Positions 50,160 through 62,468 of a stretch of DNA of 64,000 bases are shown here, piece after piece; the first letter of the stretch is position 1; each line of letters opens with the position of its first letter. This DNA comes from Octopus sinensis (Eukaryota). Made by a program: the position numbers and the translations under genes. The notes beneath the pieces were generated by a model. The model searched no databases, was not told where the DNA came from, and saw only the letters and a list, made by a program, of their open reading frames with translations. Location of the stretch: the NCBI RefSeq assembly GCF_006345805.1, contig NC_043011.1, positions 15,140,464 through 15,204,463 on the forward strand, in the 5' to 3' direction.

Positions 50160-52400
50160 CACTTCTCAGAACGTTCGGTCTTGTTTATTCTGGTAGATTC
50201 TGTAAGAACGGTCAGCAGCCTGCTGCCAGAGGTCTCTCGGGATCTCTTTCCGAACATTAGAATCTTTGATACTTGGTTGTTAATTATCGTGGGAGACATT
50301 CAAAATTCAAGTAACAATCTCAAAATCCTTGCTGTTCCCGACTGAACAGTTTTTGATATTTGCTCCGCTTTCATATCAATTCCGATTTCTTTGACATATT
50401 TCACGAACTTGCTGGTTAGTGCTCCGAGTGCCTCTACAACTACTCTCCCCATAGTCCACATTCTTGCAATTTCGTCTTTTAGTAGTCTGTACTTCTCAAT
50501 CTTTTCTAGTTCCTTGTCACTTTATGCGTGCATCTCCAGGTATATCTATGACCGTGGTTTCCTTTTTTCCTTTATCTACGACAATATCTAGTCCCCGAGC
50601 CTCGATTAGGGAGTCACATTGAATTGTAAAATCCCACAGTATCTTATGTTCTTTGTTCTCGGTGACTCATTCTGGTTCATGTTCATATCATTTCCTTGCG
50701 ATGTTCAGGTCGTACTTTTCACATAGCCTCCAAGTGGACGAACTTAACCACGTTATCATGCCTCCATTTTGTAGTGCTTTTTGGCCAGCTTGTTACACTT
50801 ACAATATGGGAGATTGTTTCGTTTCTGCTGCCACGCGTCCTACAAAGGGAAGATTCGATACTCATATTCTTTTGTAACTTGGTGTAATTACTTCTCAGAG
50901 CTTGTTTCTGTGCGCTTCATATCAATACCTTAGTGCATTCTTTCAGATCATTTTTTCTTATCCATCTCCGAGGGTTGATCTTGTCTCTTCCTTCGATTTC
51001 TCCGAGGTATTGTTCATGCATTGGTTTCATTTGCAGCATGTCCTCATCAGTACGTATCAAATACTCGGCAAGCGTTCTCCTTTCACTCCTTATACAATGG
51101 TCTATACTAACTGGACCCCTACTACCATTCTTTCTTTTCATATACAGTCTGTTTACGTTTGCTTTAGGGTGTAGCGCCCCATGCAGTGTCGTGGTTCCCT
51201 TGGTACCATGGATAACTCTTCCTACATCTTTTTCGATCCCTTGGTAGTATTTCTTCTTGTGCCAGAGAAGTATATGTCTTTGCCTCACATGTTCCAGTGA
51301 GTGTCTTCCAGATTATGCTTACGCATGCTATGGGACGGTAGTTTCCCACAATATTCCCCTATCTTCTATCTTTCATTATAAGTGTTGTCCTTCCGGTCAT
51401 TATCCACGCGGGCTCTGTACCTTTCTGAACACATTAATTCAATTGGGCTTCTAGTCTTTCATGCACCGCGTGGCTTCTTTTCAGCCAAAAGCCATGAACC
51501 ACATGTGGTCCGGGGACTTTCCTGTTAGGCACTTTACCCACTTGTTCTTTCACGGCAATCGTGCTTATGACAATATTCCTTTGTTTCTTTCCTCTTTCTA
51601 ATTCTGTCTTGATAGTTCCTATCCACATTGCATTCCTTTTATGCACCACATTGTTTACCTATAATCCGCTCCAGAACTTCTTATCTTGATTTGCATCCGG
51701 GACAACATTTTCTCCATTGTGTCCTTCTAACGTTCGGAAAAATTGTTTCGGGTTATTTTTGAACAATCTGTTCTCTTCGAACTGTTTATTTCTGTTCACA
51801 AATCTCCCGATCTTCTGGACTTTTGCCATAGTTCTCTGTTTTAACTATTCTATTACTGCATCAAACCCGTTCTTCCGTATTTTATATCTCTTCTCTAATT
51901 TTCCTAGTTTCCTCTTAACCATTGCTCAATTATTCCTAGATCTAGCCTTGTCCGCATTATGTCCCTTTTAATCTATTGTTTTCACAATGTTTTTTTGCTC
52001 CACCATTTCTTTGTACTCTTAAGTTGTAATTTCTCCTCAACACGTAGTGCAATAGCTTGGAAAAGATTTCTCGTTTATGTTATGTCGTCCGTCTGGATGT
52101 ATGGTATGACAGTATTTATTTTTTGTGTTACTTTATATATCATACTCCTATCTACCCTTTTCCTATTCATTGGGAGTTTTTCTTCTGGAGCATTCATCAA
52201 GTCGGTGAATTCGTCTTTGAATTTCAAGCAATTCATTATCTAGTTGGTTTATTTCCCCTGCATGACTACCCACCCCAGAATCAGAGTTCACTGTATAACG
52301 TTCCTGTTCCTCATCCTTAATAGCCCCTTCACCATTTCACTGTTCCTCCTGTCTACTGTACTCACAGTGTTTTTCTGTAGCGACATCACATTCTCGCGCA
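50160..52400 (-). mobile_element. Old, internally deleted R4/Dong-type LINE
   Basis: KVPGPHVVHGFWLK; NYRPIACVSIIWKTLTG; LHGALHPKANVNRLYMKRKNG; CRTRG..; ILWDFTIQCD..; VVEALGA. Confidence 0.8.
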
Positions 52401-52429
52401 TTGCTACAATGCATGTGTAGGTAAGTCGT

Positions 52430-52608
52430 CTATATCATCATCATCATTGCTATTACTATTCTTCTTCTTCTTCTTCTTCTTCTTCTTCTTCTTCTTCTTC
52501 TTCTTCTTCTTCTTCTTCTTCTTCTTCTTCTTCTTTTCTTCTTCTTCTTCGTCTTCTTCTTCTTCTTCTTCTCTTCTTCTTCTTCTTCTTATTATTATTA
52601 TTATTATA
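52430..52608. repeat. (CAT)n/(TTC)n/(TTA)n microsatellite
   Basis: Directly visible. Confidence 0.95.
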
Positions 52609-52609
52609 T

Positions 52610-53260
52610 AAGGCGGCGAGCTGGTAGAATATTTAGCGCGCCGAACAAAATGCTTAGCAGTAATTCGTCCGTCTTTACTGTCCAAGGTCGACTTTGACTT
52701 TCATCCTTTCGGGACCGATAAAATACCTTCCAGTTGAGCGATGTAATTGAGTTGATATAATAGACCACTCCTCTCTTACCAAAATTTCAAACTTTGCGTC
52801 TATATTACAACAGATTATTTCAATTTTATTATTATTACGGCGGTGAAGGTGGTGAGGTGGAGGTATCGCCATCACTTCGTGCAACAATGCTTAGCGACAT
52901 TTTGTCCGTCTGTACGTCATGAGTTCAAATTCCGAAGAGATAGACTTTACCTTTAATCTATTTGGGCGTCTATAAAATAAGTAGCAGCTGAGTTCTGGAT
53001 TCGATGTAATCAGCTTATCCCCTCCCCTGAAATTACTGTCCTTGTGCCAAAATTTGAAACCATTGTTATTACAACGGCGAGCTGTCAGAATCGTTAGCCC
53101 GTCGGACACAATGTCTCTGGTTGAAATTCCGCTGTGGTTGACTTTACCTGTTATCATTTCAGGCTCGATAAATTAAGTACCACTTGAGTACCTGGGTCGG
53201 TGTAATTCACTAGACCCCTTCCTCACAGATGTCAGCCTTTGTGCCAAAATTTGAAGGCAG
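52610..53260 (+). mobile_element. Three tandem degenerate SINE A-related copies (old-tail type)
   Basis: Repeated GGCGAGCTG.. heads and GACTTT(G/A)CCTTT..AAGTA..CTTGTGCCAAAATTTGAA tails. Confidence 0.7.
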
Positions 53261-55574
53261 TATCATTACAATTATTTGTATTCCAAACCGATTAATTATT
53301 GGAGTCGGCAGCCTTGCGGTGATCCTTCTGGATTTTTACTTTCTGCATTCAAGCCGGTCAAAGTCAACTATGCAATTGCTCTTACAGGATCGATAAGATA
53401 AAGCGCCAATAACTTGCTCGAGTTGACTGAATCGAATGTTTCTTCCAAAAATCTTTCTTGGTGCCTATTTTAGGAAAGCAAATATTTACGTACATTATTT
53501 TAAAGCTGTCGAAACAATTACATTTCGACACTGTGCTTTCTGCTCAAATAACGTTAATGTCAACTTTACATTTCATTCTTTTAGGGGTAGTTGTAAAGAA
53601 GTACCAAGAGACCGTCGCTTTAGTTGGCAGTTTCCTTCTTGCAAAGATTTGGATTTGTTTCTTCATTAAGAACAATTATTATAATTTTTCCAGAGATGAT
53701 AATGTGCATATGTGAATGTCTGACTTGTGGTAACGTTAGGCACTTATCGTTGATCAGTGGATAAAATGCGTGCATTATTTAGTTTCTCCCCTCAAAATCC
53801 TGATTATGAATCTTATCCACTATCTGGGTGATAAAATATGTACAAACTATGCATATATTGAGCAGGTTTAGTCGAATTGTAGTCTGTTTTACAGATTTTG
53901 GACCTTAAACAGTGGTGAGAAATCGATATTGTTACGAAGATCGTCAACAGAATGAAAACTACAAATGGATTTCGATTTCTGCTTATAAATGTTTCAATTC
54001 TCTAACGTTTATAAGGTTTTTGGGAAAAGCACAGATGGTTCTACTTCCTGTTTTCTCATTCCAGTATTCATGCTTACTTGAAATTTAATGGAACGTATAG
54101 CTCGGTTTTGTGAAGGGAATGAACTCCATTAACTTCATACTTTAATCTATATAGCAAGAAGAATTAATTATTATATTCCGATAAAATTATGAATCACACG
54201 AAGGAAGCCACTTCAATTGAGAATGAGTCGGTGAATCTTTTGTGCACGTTTGCATTCATAGGTCTAAACAAATATTCTATCAGAACAGAGCATAAACTGG
54301 AATTTCGCCTGACTGAAGAAGACTGAAGTAAATTGACGTGTAAAAATGCTGCAAATCTTTTGTCATCAAAGAAGTTGGATTGTTTTAATTTTGTATTTGA
54401 AAATTACCTTTATTTCACAAAATCTTTTGTTTACGGTTTTAGGATTATCTCGCGTCTGCACAATTTAAACAATTTGCCCACGCAATGGTAAGCTATCTAT
54501 GGTAAGCTATCTTACAGGGACTAAATCTTAGAGGAAGTGATTAAAAAATTTTACTTCTAAAGCATACTCACATTTTATGAAGTCGTCTTGTAATCTAACC
54601 TTACTGGAGTTGTTTATAATAAACCAACTGCAATAATAGGCAGTTTGAGGTCAAATTTCTTGCCTGTTGATACTGGATTTGTGGATCCATTGAACAGACT
54701 GGATGTTTAGTTTGGTATTGGTGGTAATGTTATCAGCCTGGTTCTCCTGCTTTGCAAATGACAGAGTTAACTTGTTGGGGATATTTCATGCAGGTGTTTG
54801 TTGACTCTGTCTTTATGGGATTACGTTGCTTTGTCAAAGGCGTGTTTTTACAGCTGTTTTAATCATAAGAAAAGCTATTAGGGTTATATATGCAATATCT
54901 TGTTGATAATGAAACGATAAGATATATAAATCATATATGCGATGTAACTAACCGGAAAATGTATGTCAGATGAAGAAGTGATATATTAGTTTAAAGCAAT
55001 ACAGTTTTAATATTCTGATATACCGGTAAACGAAAACGCATAAGAATACCATAAATATTTAGAGAAGGAAATATAAATGTCTGCAGAGTGAATGAGATGT
55101 TGAAGACAATGTTTATCAAGATCCGCACGGTTATAGAATCTTCATTTGTATAGCTAATGTAAACATTTGAATATGGTGTATGAAAACAGGTTTATTACAA
55201 CCTCGGGGTCGATGTTAAAATTTCTCGTTCGGTAGGAAAATATTCTGCATTCAAATCTTACTAAAAACACATTACATGCACCTTTATAAGTGGCCGATAA
55301 AATAATTGATGGTAATACACTAGGATTGTTTCTTTATTTTATTGTAGGAAATGAGTGTGGCACCGCCCATACTAAACTCTTTCAACTTATAAAACGACAA
55401 TATAATCATTGTTATTCAGTTGCTATAATACCAAGATGTATGAAAAATGTTTATTTTATTACTAAGATTTCTTAGTATCTTACATCTCTTCTCTATTGCT
55501 ACTAGAAATATATTATAACTGCAACAAAACAAAAAAACCCAGAAGAATGAGAAACAAACGCTTTTCCATTTCTA

Positions 55575-55920
55575 TTGGACAATTTCACTGTTACTTCTGT
55601 TCCTCATTGCTAAGAAGGGGTCATATGGAAAGGTGCCCTCGTTCACCTGACCTTTCTCCCCTTGATTTCTTTTTCTGGTGTATGTTCAAAGAGGAAGTTT
55701 GCAGATTTAAAACACATGAAAGAACGCATTACCAGTCAGTGTGCTGAAACTGATGGCAATGTAGACTTATTTAATCAAGTTCACCTGAATGTTGCAAGTC
55801 GCATCAAGTTATGCATTGAAAATGATGGAAATCACTTTGAAAATATTGTTTATTAACATTATAATTAAATAAAATTCTTTCGTTTTAAAAGTATGTGTAC
55901 GCAGACTTTGTGGACACCGT
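55575..55920 (+). mobile_element. Tc1-like transposase C-terminus plus TIR, copy 1
   Basis: RRGHMERCPRSPDLSPLDFFFW..RIKLCIENDGNHFE*; TIR CAGACTTTGTGGACACC at 55902. Confidence 0.85.
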
Positions 55921-56054
55921 CTATTATTTTGTAAATATTTAATTAGTTTATACGTACACAAATGCATAAAAATAATTTTTAATTGAATTAGACATTTTCA
56001 AATAGTATTAAATTTCATTCAAATCTAAAAAAAGGTAAAATTGGACGGAACAGA

Positions 56055-56631
56055 CTAGATATATATAATCTAAGATATTCTAGTAGGTTTCAACCAAAGC
56101 GGACCAAAGCGGACAAAACTGGACCAAACCAGACCGAATCAAACCGAACAAAACCAGACCAAACCTGACCGAACCAAGCCTTACCGCATCAAACCAAACC
56201 GAACCGAAACAAACCGGACCACACGGGTTCAAACTGTATCAAACCGCTCCAAACCGGTTCAAACCGGTTCAAACCGGTTCAAACCGGATCAAACCGGTAC
56301 AAACCGGATCAAACCGGTTCAAATCGGATCAAACCGGTTCAAATCGGGTCAAATCGGTTCAAACCGATTCAAACTGGTTTGATCCGGTATGAATCAGTTT
56401 GAACCGGTTTAAACCGGTTTGGTCTGGTTTGATTCGGTTCGATCCGTTTTGGTCTGGTTTGGTTCGGTTTGGATTGGTCTGGTTTGGTTTGGTTCGGTTC
56501 GGTCCGGTTTGGTCCGGTTTAAACTGGTTTGATACGGTTTGAACCGGATTGGTCCGGTTTGATTCGGTTTGGTTCGGTTTGATCGTGTTTGGTTGAAACC
56601 TACTAGAATATCATAGATTATATATATCTAG
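56055..56631. repeat. Palindrome P1: 44-bp terminal IR enclosing AAACC(GG)/GGTTT satellite arms
   Basis: CTAGATATATATAATCTA(A/T)GATATTCTAGTAGGTTTCAACCAAA at both ends (1 mismatch); interior flips from AAACC-rich to GGTTT-rich. Confidence 0.9.
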
Positions 56632-56758
56632 AACGAGTTTAAACCGGTTTGATCCGGTTTGAACAGGTTTGAACTGGTTTGAACCGGTTTGGTCCGGTTT
56701 GGAGCGGTTTGATACAATTTGAACCGGATTGGTCCGGTTTGGTTCGGTTCGGTACGGT

Positions 56759-57079
56759 TTGGACAATTTCACTGTTACTTCTTCATATGGAAAGGTACCC
56801 TCGTTCACCAGACCTTTGTCCCCTTGATTTCTTTTTCTGGTGTATGTTCAAAGAGGAAGTTTGCAGATTTAAAACACATGAAAGAACGCATTACAAATCA
56901 GTGTGCTGAAACTGATAGCAATGTAGACTTATTTAATCAAGTTCACCTGAATGTTGCAAGGCGCATCAAGTTATGCATTGAAAATGATGGAAATCACTTT
57001 GAAAATATTATTTATTAAAATTATTAAATAAAATAGTTTTGTTTTAAAAGTATGTGTACGCAGACTTTGTGGACACCGT
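56759..57079 (+). mobile_element. Tc1-like transposase C-terminus plus TIR, copy 2
   Basis: Near-identical to 55575-55920 with a ~25-bp deletion; TIR at 57061. Confidence 0.85.
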
Positions 57080-57189
57080 CTATTATTTTGTAAATATTTA
57101 ATTGGTTTAAACGTACACAAATGCATAAAAATAATTTTTAATTGAATTAGACATCTTCAAATAGTATTAAATTTCATTCAAATCTAAAA

Positions 57190-58074
57190 AAAGGTAAAAT
57201 TGGACGGAACTGACTAGATATATTTAATCTATGATATTCTAGTAGGTTTCAACCAAACCGGACCAAACCGGACCGAAACAAACCGGACCAAACCTGACCG
57301 AGCCAAACCGGACCAAACCTGACCGAGCCAAACCGGACCAAACCTGACTGCAACAAACCAAACCGGACCAAACCGGACCGAACCAAACTGAGCCAAACCG
57401 GACTAAACGAACCAAACCGAACCAAACCGGACCATACCGGTTCAAACTGTATCAAACCACTCCAAACCGGATCAAACCTGTTCAAACCGGATCAAACCAG
57501 TTTGATCCGGTTTGAACCAGTTTGGTCCAGTTTGGTCCGGTCCGGTTTGGTCAGGTTTAAACCGGTTTGATACTTTTAAAACCGGTTAAAACCGGTTAAA
57601 ACCGGATCAAGCCGGTCCAAACCGGTTCAAACTGGTTTGATTCGGTTGGACCGGTTGGAACCGGACTGATCCGGTTCAAGCCGGTCGGTTTAAACCGGTT
57701 TGAGCCGGTTTGAACGGGTTTGATCCGGCCTCAGCCGGTTTCAACCGGTTTGGGGAGGTTTGGGGAGGTTTGATACAGTTTGAACCGGTTTGGTTTTGTC
57801 TGGTTTGGTCCGGTTTTTTTCGGTCCGGTTTGGTCTGGTTTGTTTCGGTCCTGTTTGGTTCGGTCCTGTTTGGTTCGGTTTGGTCCGGTTTGGTTCGGTC
57901 AGGTTTGTTCCGGTCAGGTTCGGTCTGGTTTGGTTCGGTCAGGTTTGGTCCGGTTTTGTTCGGTTTGGTTCGGTCCAGTTTGGTCCGGTTTGGTCCCGTT
58001 TGGTTGAAATCTACTAGAATATCATAGATTATACATATCTAGTCATCCAGTCAGTTCTGTCCAATTTTACCTTT
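57190..58074. repeat. Palindrome P2 (~885 bp), same family as P1
   Basis: Same terminal IR (57214 / 58042), extended by AAAGGTAAAATTGGAC / GTCCAATTTTACCTTT. Confidence 0.9.
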
Positions 58075-58101
58075 CCGATTTTTAAAGGAAAGTAATGGTC
58101 A

Positions 58102-58588
58102 CTAAATACTTGCCATTACATTTTTAATGGATGTCCGACGAAGTGATTTCTTTGGGCTAGCAGAAACTTTAGCCATGACAGCCTCTTTCGTTTCATCTGA
58201 AGTCTTTGCTCGCCCGGAACTGGGGTTATCCAAAACACTGCCTGTTTCTTTAAATTTCTTGATCAATTTTCCGACGGCAGTAAAAAAAATAGGTTGCCTA
58301 TAAGGGTGTCGAAGATTAAATTCTTCCGCAATTTTGCGATAAGACCATCCCTCTCGTCCACATAATAATACTAACTCGATTCTTTCTTCTTTAGACAGAT
58401 CCCTCATTCGATCTGGGATTCTTTCTTCTTTAGACAGAGCCATCATTCGATCATCTGTAGAAAAAATAACAAATAAATTTAGAAAAGTAAAGTATTTTAA
58501 AAATTTAATTTAAACAAAAGTAAAGAAGGAATATTTATTTGTTTATGTTATGATTTTATTCCATGTACCCAGACTTCGTGGACACCCT
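58102..58588 (-). mobile_element. Tc1-like transposase N-terminal HTH plus TIR
   Basis: LSKEERIELVLL..SYRKIAEEFNLRHP..KLIKKFKETGSVLD..SGRAKTS..SPKKSLRR; TIR CAGACTTCGTGGACACC at 58570; ~39-bp tandem duplication of the start. Confidence 0.85.
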
Positions 58589-58617
58589 AAAATTGCTTTG
58601 ATTAAATCCCTTTCAAC

Positions 58618-59570
58618 ATGGAATTATCCAAGGAGCATTTAAGGCACATATAATTCTTTATAAGTACAATAAAGGTAACTCTGCAGCCGAAGTGACTCGA
58701 AACATACACTCAGTTTATGGGAAAGTGCTTGAATGAAAGAACTTGCAGGAGATCGTTTGCAAAATTGAAGATGAATATCGAACAGGACGTTCAATTGAGT
58801 TTGATGATAAGCTCCTTGAGGCATTACTTGAAGAAAATCCGTCATTATCAGTTGAAGAATTGGCAATAAAGCTTAGTCCAAACCATACAACAGTTCATCG
58901 TCATCTTCAACAAGGTGGTAAGATTCCTAAACTTGGAAAATAGGTGCCTTATGTATTGTCCGAAAGCAACCGCACATCCCGAGTTGACATCTGCTCTTCT
59001 CTCCATTCTCGCAAACTCATTTCACCCTTTTTCGATAGATTTGTGATGAAAAATGGATTTTCTATCGAAATGTTAAACGTCGTAAAGAGTGGCTTGGTAA
59101 AAGGGAAAATGCTCAACCACAACCGAGAAGGGAACTTCATGGGAAAAAGGTTCTTCTCTCTATCTGGTGCGATTGCAAAGGTGTAATTCACTTTATATTG
59201 TTACCACCTAATGCAACAACCAATGCTCAAGTCTTCTGTCAGCAATTAGAGCGTTTGAACCAAGGTTTGAAGGAAAAAAGAGCCGCTTTAGTGAGTCGAA
59301 AATGAGTAATGTTTCATCAGGACAATGCGCAACCCCACACTGCAAAGATCACATCACAGAAGATCGAAGAGGTCGATTGGGAAAAATTTCTTCATCCAAC
59401 TTATTTCTCCCGACCTTACTCCTTCAGGATACCATTTGTTTCATAGTTTACAGAATTATTAGGGGGACACAACTTTCGCAAGCCAGGAGGGGATCGAACC
59501 TGACATTTCAGAGTTCTTCGCTTTGAAACCAAAAGAGTTTTACATTGATGGGATTGAAAAGCTTGTAAAT
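58618..59570 (+). mobile_element. Degenerate mariner transposase (5' part, interrupted by the LINE)
   Basis: MELSKEHLRH..GK*VPYVL..DEKWIFYRN..LHGKKVLLSIWCD..FHQDNAQPH..GYHLF..DGIEKL. Confidence 0.88.
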
Positions 59571-62345
59571 AAGTTTCTTTATTGGCCACACAGGGCTGCA
59601 CACAGATGGGACAAGTTACAAGGTAGAGCTTTTCTTTTGGGGGATGAAAGAAACAAAAAACAAAAGAAACAAAAAAAGGGGGTGGCGTAGGTTTTCGATC
59701 AAGAGGGATCGTAAAAGGGAAGAAAATAAAATAAAAAATAAAAAAAAAAGAAAAAAAAGAAAAAAAAGAAAAGGAAAAGGAACAAAAGAAAAGAGAAACG
59801 AAAACAAGAAGAAAAAAGGGGAAGAGGAAAAAACAACGATCAATAGGGATCGTGTATCACAGTGTTATGATATATGATGTAAAGGGGAAAGCAAGTAAGG
59901 TTTATCCGTGAGAAGAAAAGCCTACGAAAAAGACCACGGTAACCTTGGTCAATATTGTTATATGTTACCACATTTGTTTGCAAGTGGGTAACCCTCTGTT
60001 TTCAATTTTTGGGTTCATAGGATTATGCTCAAGGTGGCTTCGTCATTCATACGTGCCATCCTTGCTACATTCACCCATCTTTTTTTAAAACATTCGCTAG
60101 ACAAAACTTGCCTCTCTACTCTCACTTTCCTTTTCAAGTGGTACTTGAAGAAGTTGATGAGAGATTGACCAGAGAGGAAAGTGTTTGTCTCCAATCCTTT
60201 CAGACGCGTCCACCAGATACATTCTTTCGCCATAGCCACAAGGATGATGAAAATAGCTCTTCCTTCCCGTTTGAAGGAAGGAGGCGTGACGATATTGACG
60301 ATAGACTCAGCTGATAAACCGACTCGTCCCACACGTGACAGCAGTTGTTCGACATAAGCCCACAGGTCGGAAATTGTTGGACACTGCACGAGTGCGTGCA
60401 GAACGGTTTCGTCGCTCTGACCGCATCTCGGGCAGGTCGGCCCCGTGTTTCTCGAGTCGTGTCTGTAGAGCTTATCCCGAACGGGTAGTGCTTCTCGGTA
60501 GCACTGCCAGGCCAGGGATCTCTGGAAGTTGTCCATGGGCCCTGGCCCGAAAGTCGTCCCGAATAGGCGGGTCAGGTACTCCTCGTCGACGTCCAGGTTC
60601 GCCCCGAGATCGTCGTCGTACCTCCCCTCCACTAATCCTCTATAGAATGCTTTGGTTGTGATGAAGTCACTCAAGGTTGACCCAGGACGGCAGAGTTGCT
60701 TGAGAGCAACGCGACACTCGCGGTGCCATCCGCCCTTCCTCGGCCTCTTTTTGATCCACGACTGCAGTTCGGTCATGGAGACGAGCTGCGGGAAAGCGTG
60801 CCTCACAAACGGCGACCACACCTGTTCACCGTCGTCTACGAAGAGCCTGAGATGTCGCAGTCTCAGCGCGTATCTGCGCATCATCAACCACGGCATGCCC
60901 AGTCCTCCTTTTAACGGGTGTTGACAGCAAGTGGATCGCCTGACCATCGGGACGCATCCTTTCCACAAGAAGCGAAAGAGAATGCGTTGTAGTTTGGTGA
61001 TGGTAGGGTCGGGACAAGGCACGACGGTCAGGCGGTTGTAGATGACGGACGCGATGTACGTGTTCGCCACCTCCGCCCGACCTTTTAGGGACAGTTTCCT
61101 CTCGGCCCATTGCTGGGCGAGAGTGACCACCCTACTCGTTATCTCGTTCCAGTTCTTCACTTGGAGGTCCGGACCAAACCAGACCCCGAGCAACTCAACC
61201 GGGCCGTCGGTCCAGCGTCCCACGACGGAGGCGCTGGTGGACGGCATGGGCTTGCTTCTCCAGGTGCCTAGTCGCAAGCCCACTGACTTTTCCCGGTTGA
61301 TTTTCGCTCCTGTCACCGCTTCGTAGTTTTTCAGTGTCTCGCCGACCTGCTCGATGTGCTCGTGGCTAGACACTATGTCGGTGACGTCGTCCGCGTATGC
61401 AGACACGCTTGTCCCGCATCCCAGTTCTCGCGGGATGCCCCTCAAAGTTGCCAGCTTCCGCAATAATGGCTCGAGAGTCAATATGTATAGAAGCGACGAG
61501 AGGGGGCATCCCTGACGAACCGAACGTGCGATGTCGAAGAGTCTCGATAGATGTCCATTCACGCGATTTACCGAACGGATGCCTCTGTACAAAGCGGCTA
61601 TCCAGCCGCGGAAGACGGGGCCGAAGCCAGCCGCTCTCAGGACCGCCTCCAAGTATCGATGGTCCACCCTATCGAAAGCTTTCGATTGACCCAAATTGAT
61701 CAGCGCCCCACCCATGCCAGGTTCGTTAACTACCCTGTCTATGATGTAGCGCATCAGGTGGAGGTTGTCATGGATGGTCCGGCCCGGCACGGCGCATGTT
61801 TGCGCCTTGTCGACCAGTTTCTCGATGACAAGCGCCAACCTCTTGGCTAGCACCTTGGCCAAAATTTTCAAGTCTGCATTAAGCAGAGTGATGGGCCTAA
61901 AGTTATCTATTACATTTCCCTTGTTTAGATCTTTCTTCAGCAGTGTTACAGCTCCTCGACTCCTGTTTTGGAATGCTCCCGTTTTGCTGCCAGTTGCAGT
62001 ACACCGCCGCCAAGAGACCTCCAAACAAGTCAGGAATACAATTGTAAAGCTCGTAGGGTAGACCATCCAAACCCGGTGATTTGTCCCTCTAGCATTCTGC
62101 CATCGCGTCCTGCACTTCCGCCGCCGTGATGGCACCTTCGCAGCACCTTGCCTTTCTTGTCGAGAGTCGTGGTAGGCTATGTAGGTAGGCACTGAAGTCC
62201 ACCCTACGTTCTTGCCCTCCACTCGTCCCGAACAGTCGGGCAAAATGCTGCTGAAAGGCCTCACACATTTTACTTGGCTCGAGCAATTCGCGCCCCTGTT
62301 CATCTACCAGGGACCGAATGGTGGCTTTGTTGCCCTGTTGCGCCT
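59571..62345 (-). mobile_element. 5'-truncated L1/Tx1-clade LINE with 3'UTR
   Basis: KSPGLDGLPYE; FRPITLLNADLKILAKVLAKRL; SKAFDRVDH; RQGCPLS; AYADD; GGLGMP; CPRCGQSDETVLHALVQC; pyrimidine-rich 3'UTR ending CCAATAAAGAAAC. Confidence 0.93.
60015..61960 (-). CDS. Reverse transcriptase plus C-terminal zinc finger of the L1/Tx1-clade LINE (partial; frameshifted upstream)
   Basis: Open frame from RGAVTLLKK to the stop; true upstream frame seen in the 62089-62286 ORF. Confidence 0.85.
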
Positions 62346-62468
62346 GTAAGTCATAGATAATCAGGGAAAGTACATTGATGATTAACTTTCAATTAAATAC
62401 AACATTTGATCATTTGTATTCTTTGTCCAAAATTCGGACAGAATTTATGGGATGACCCGAGATATATA
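62346..62468 (+). mobile_element. 3' end and TIR of the mariner at 58618
   Basis: VIDNQGKYIDD* completes the transposase; TIR-like GACAGAATTTATGGGATGACCCGA followed by TA. Confidence 0.8.

Noticed and set aside
54565-54855. Minus-strand exon with AG and GTGAGT boundaries
   Set aside because: Stops in all three frames and no recognisable motif.
56055-58074. CRISPR-like array or VWSG/RFG repeat proteins
   Set aside because: No constant repeat with unique spacers and no cas genes; eukaryotic satellite, and the ORFs are repeat artefacts.
59644-59877. Lys/Arg-rich 77-aa protein
   Set aside because: Antisense reading of the LINE's pyrimidine-rich 3'UTR.
60015-62303. Intact 762-aa protein or active LINE
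   Set aside because: The first ~115 aa are out of frame with the true ORF2, and the element is 5'-truncated with no endonuclease or ORF1.
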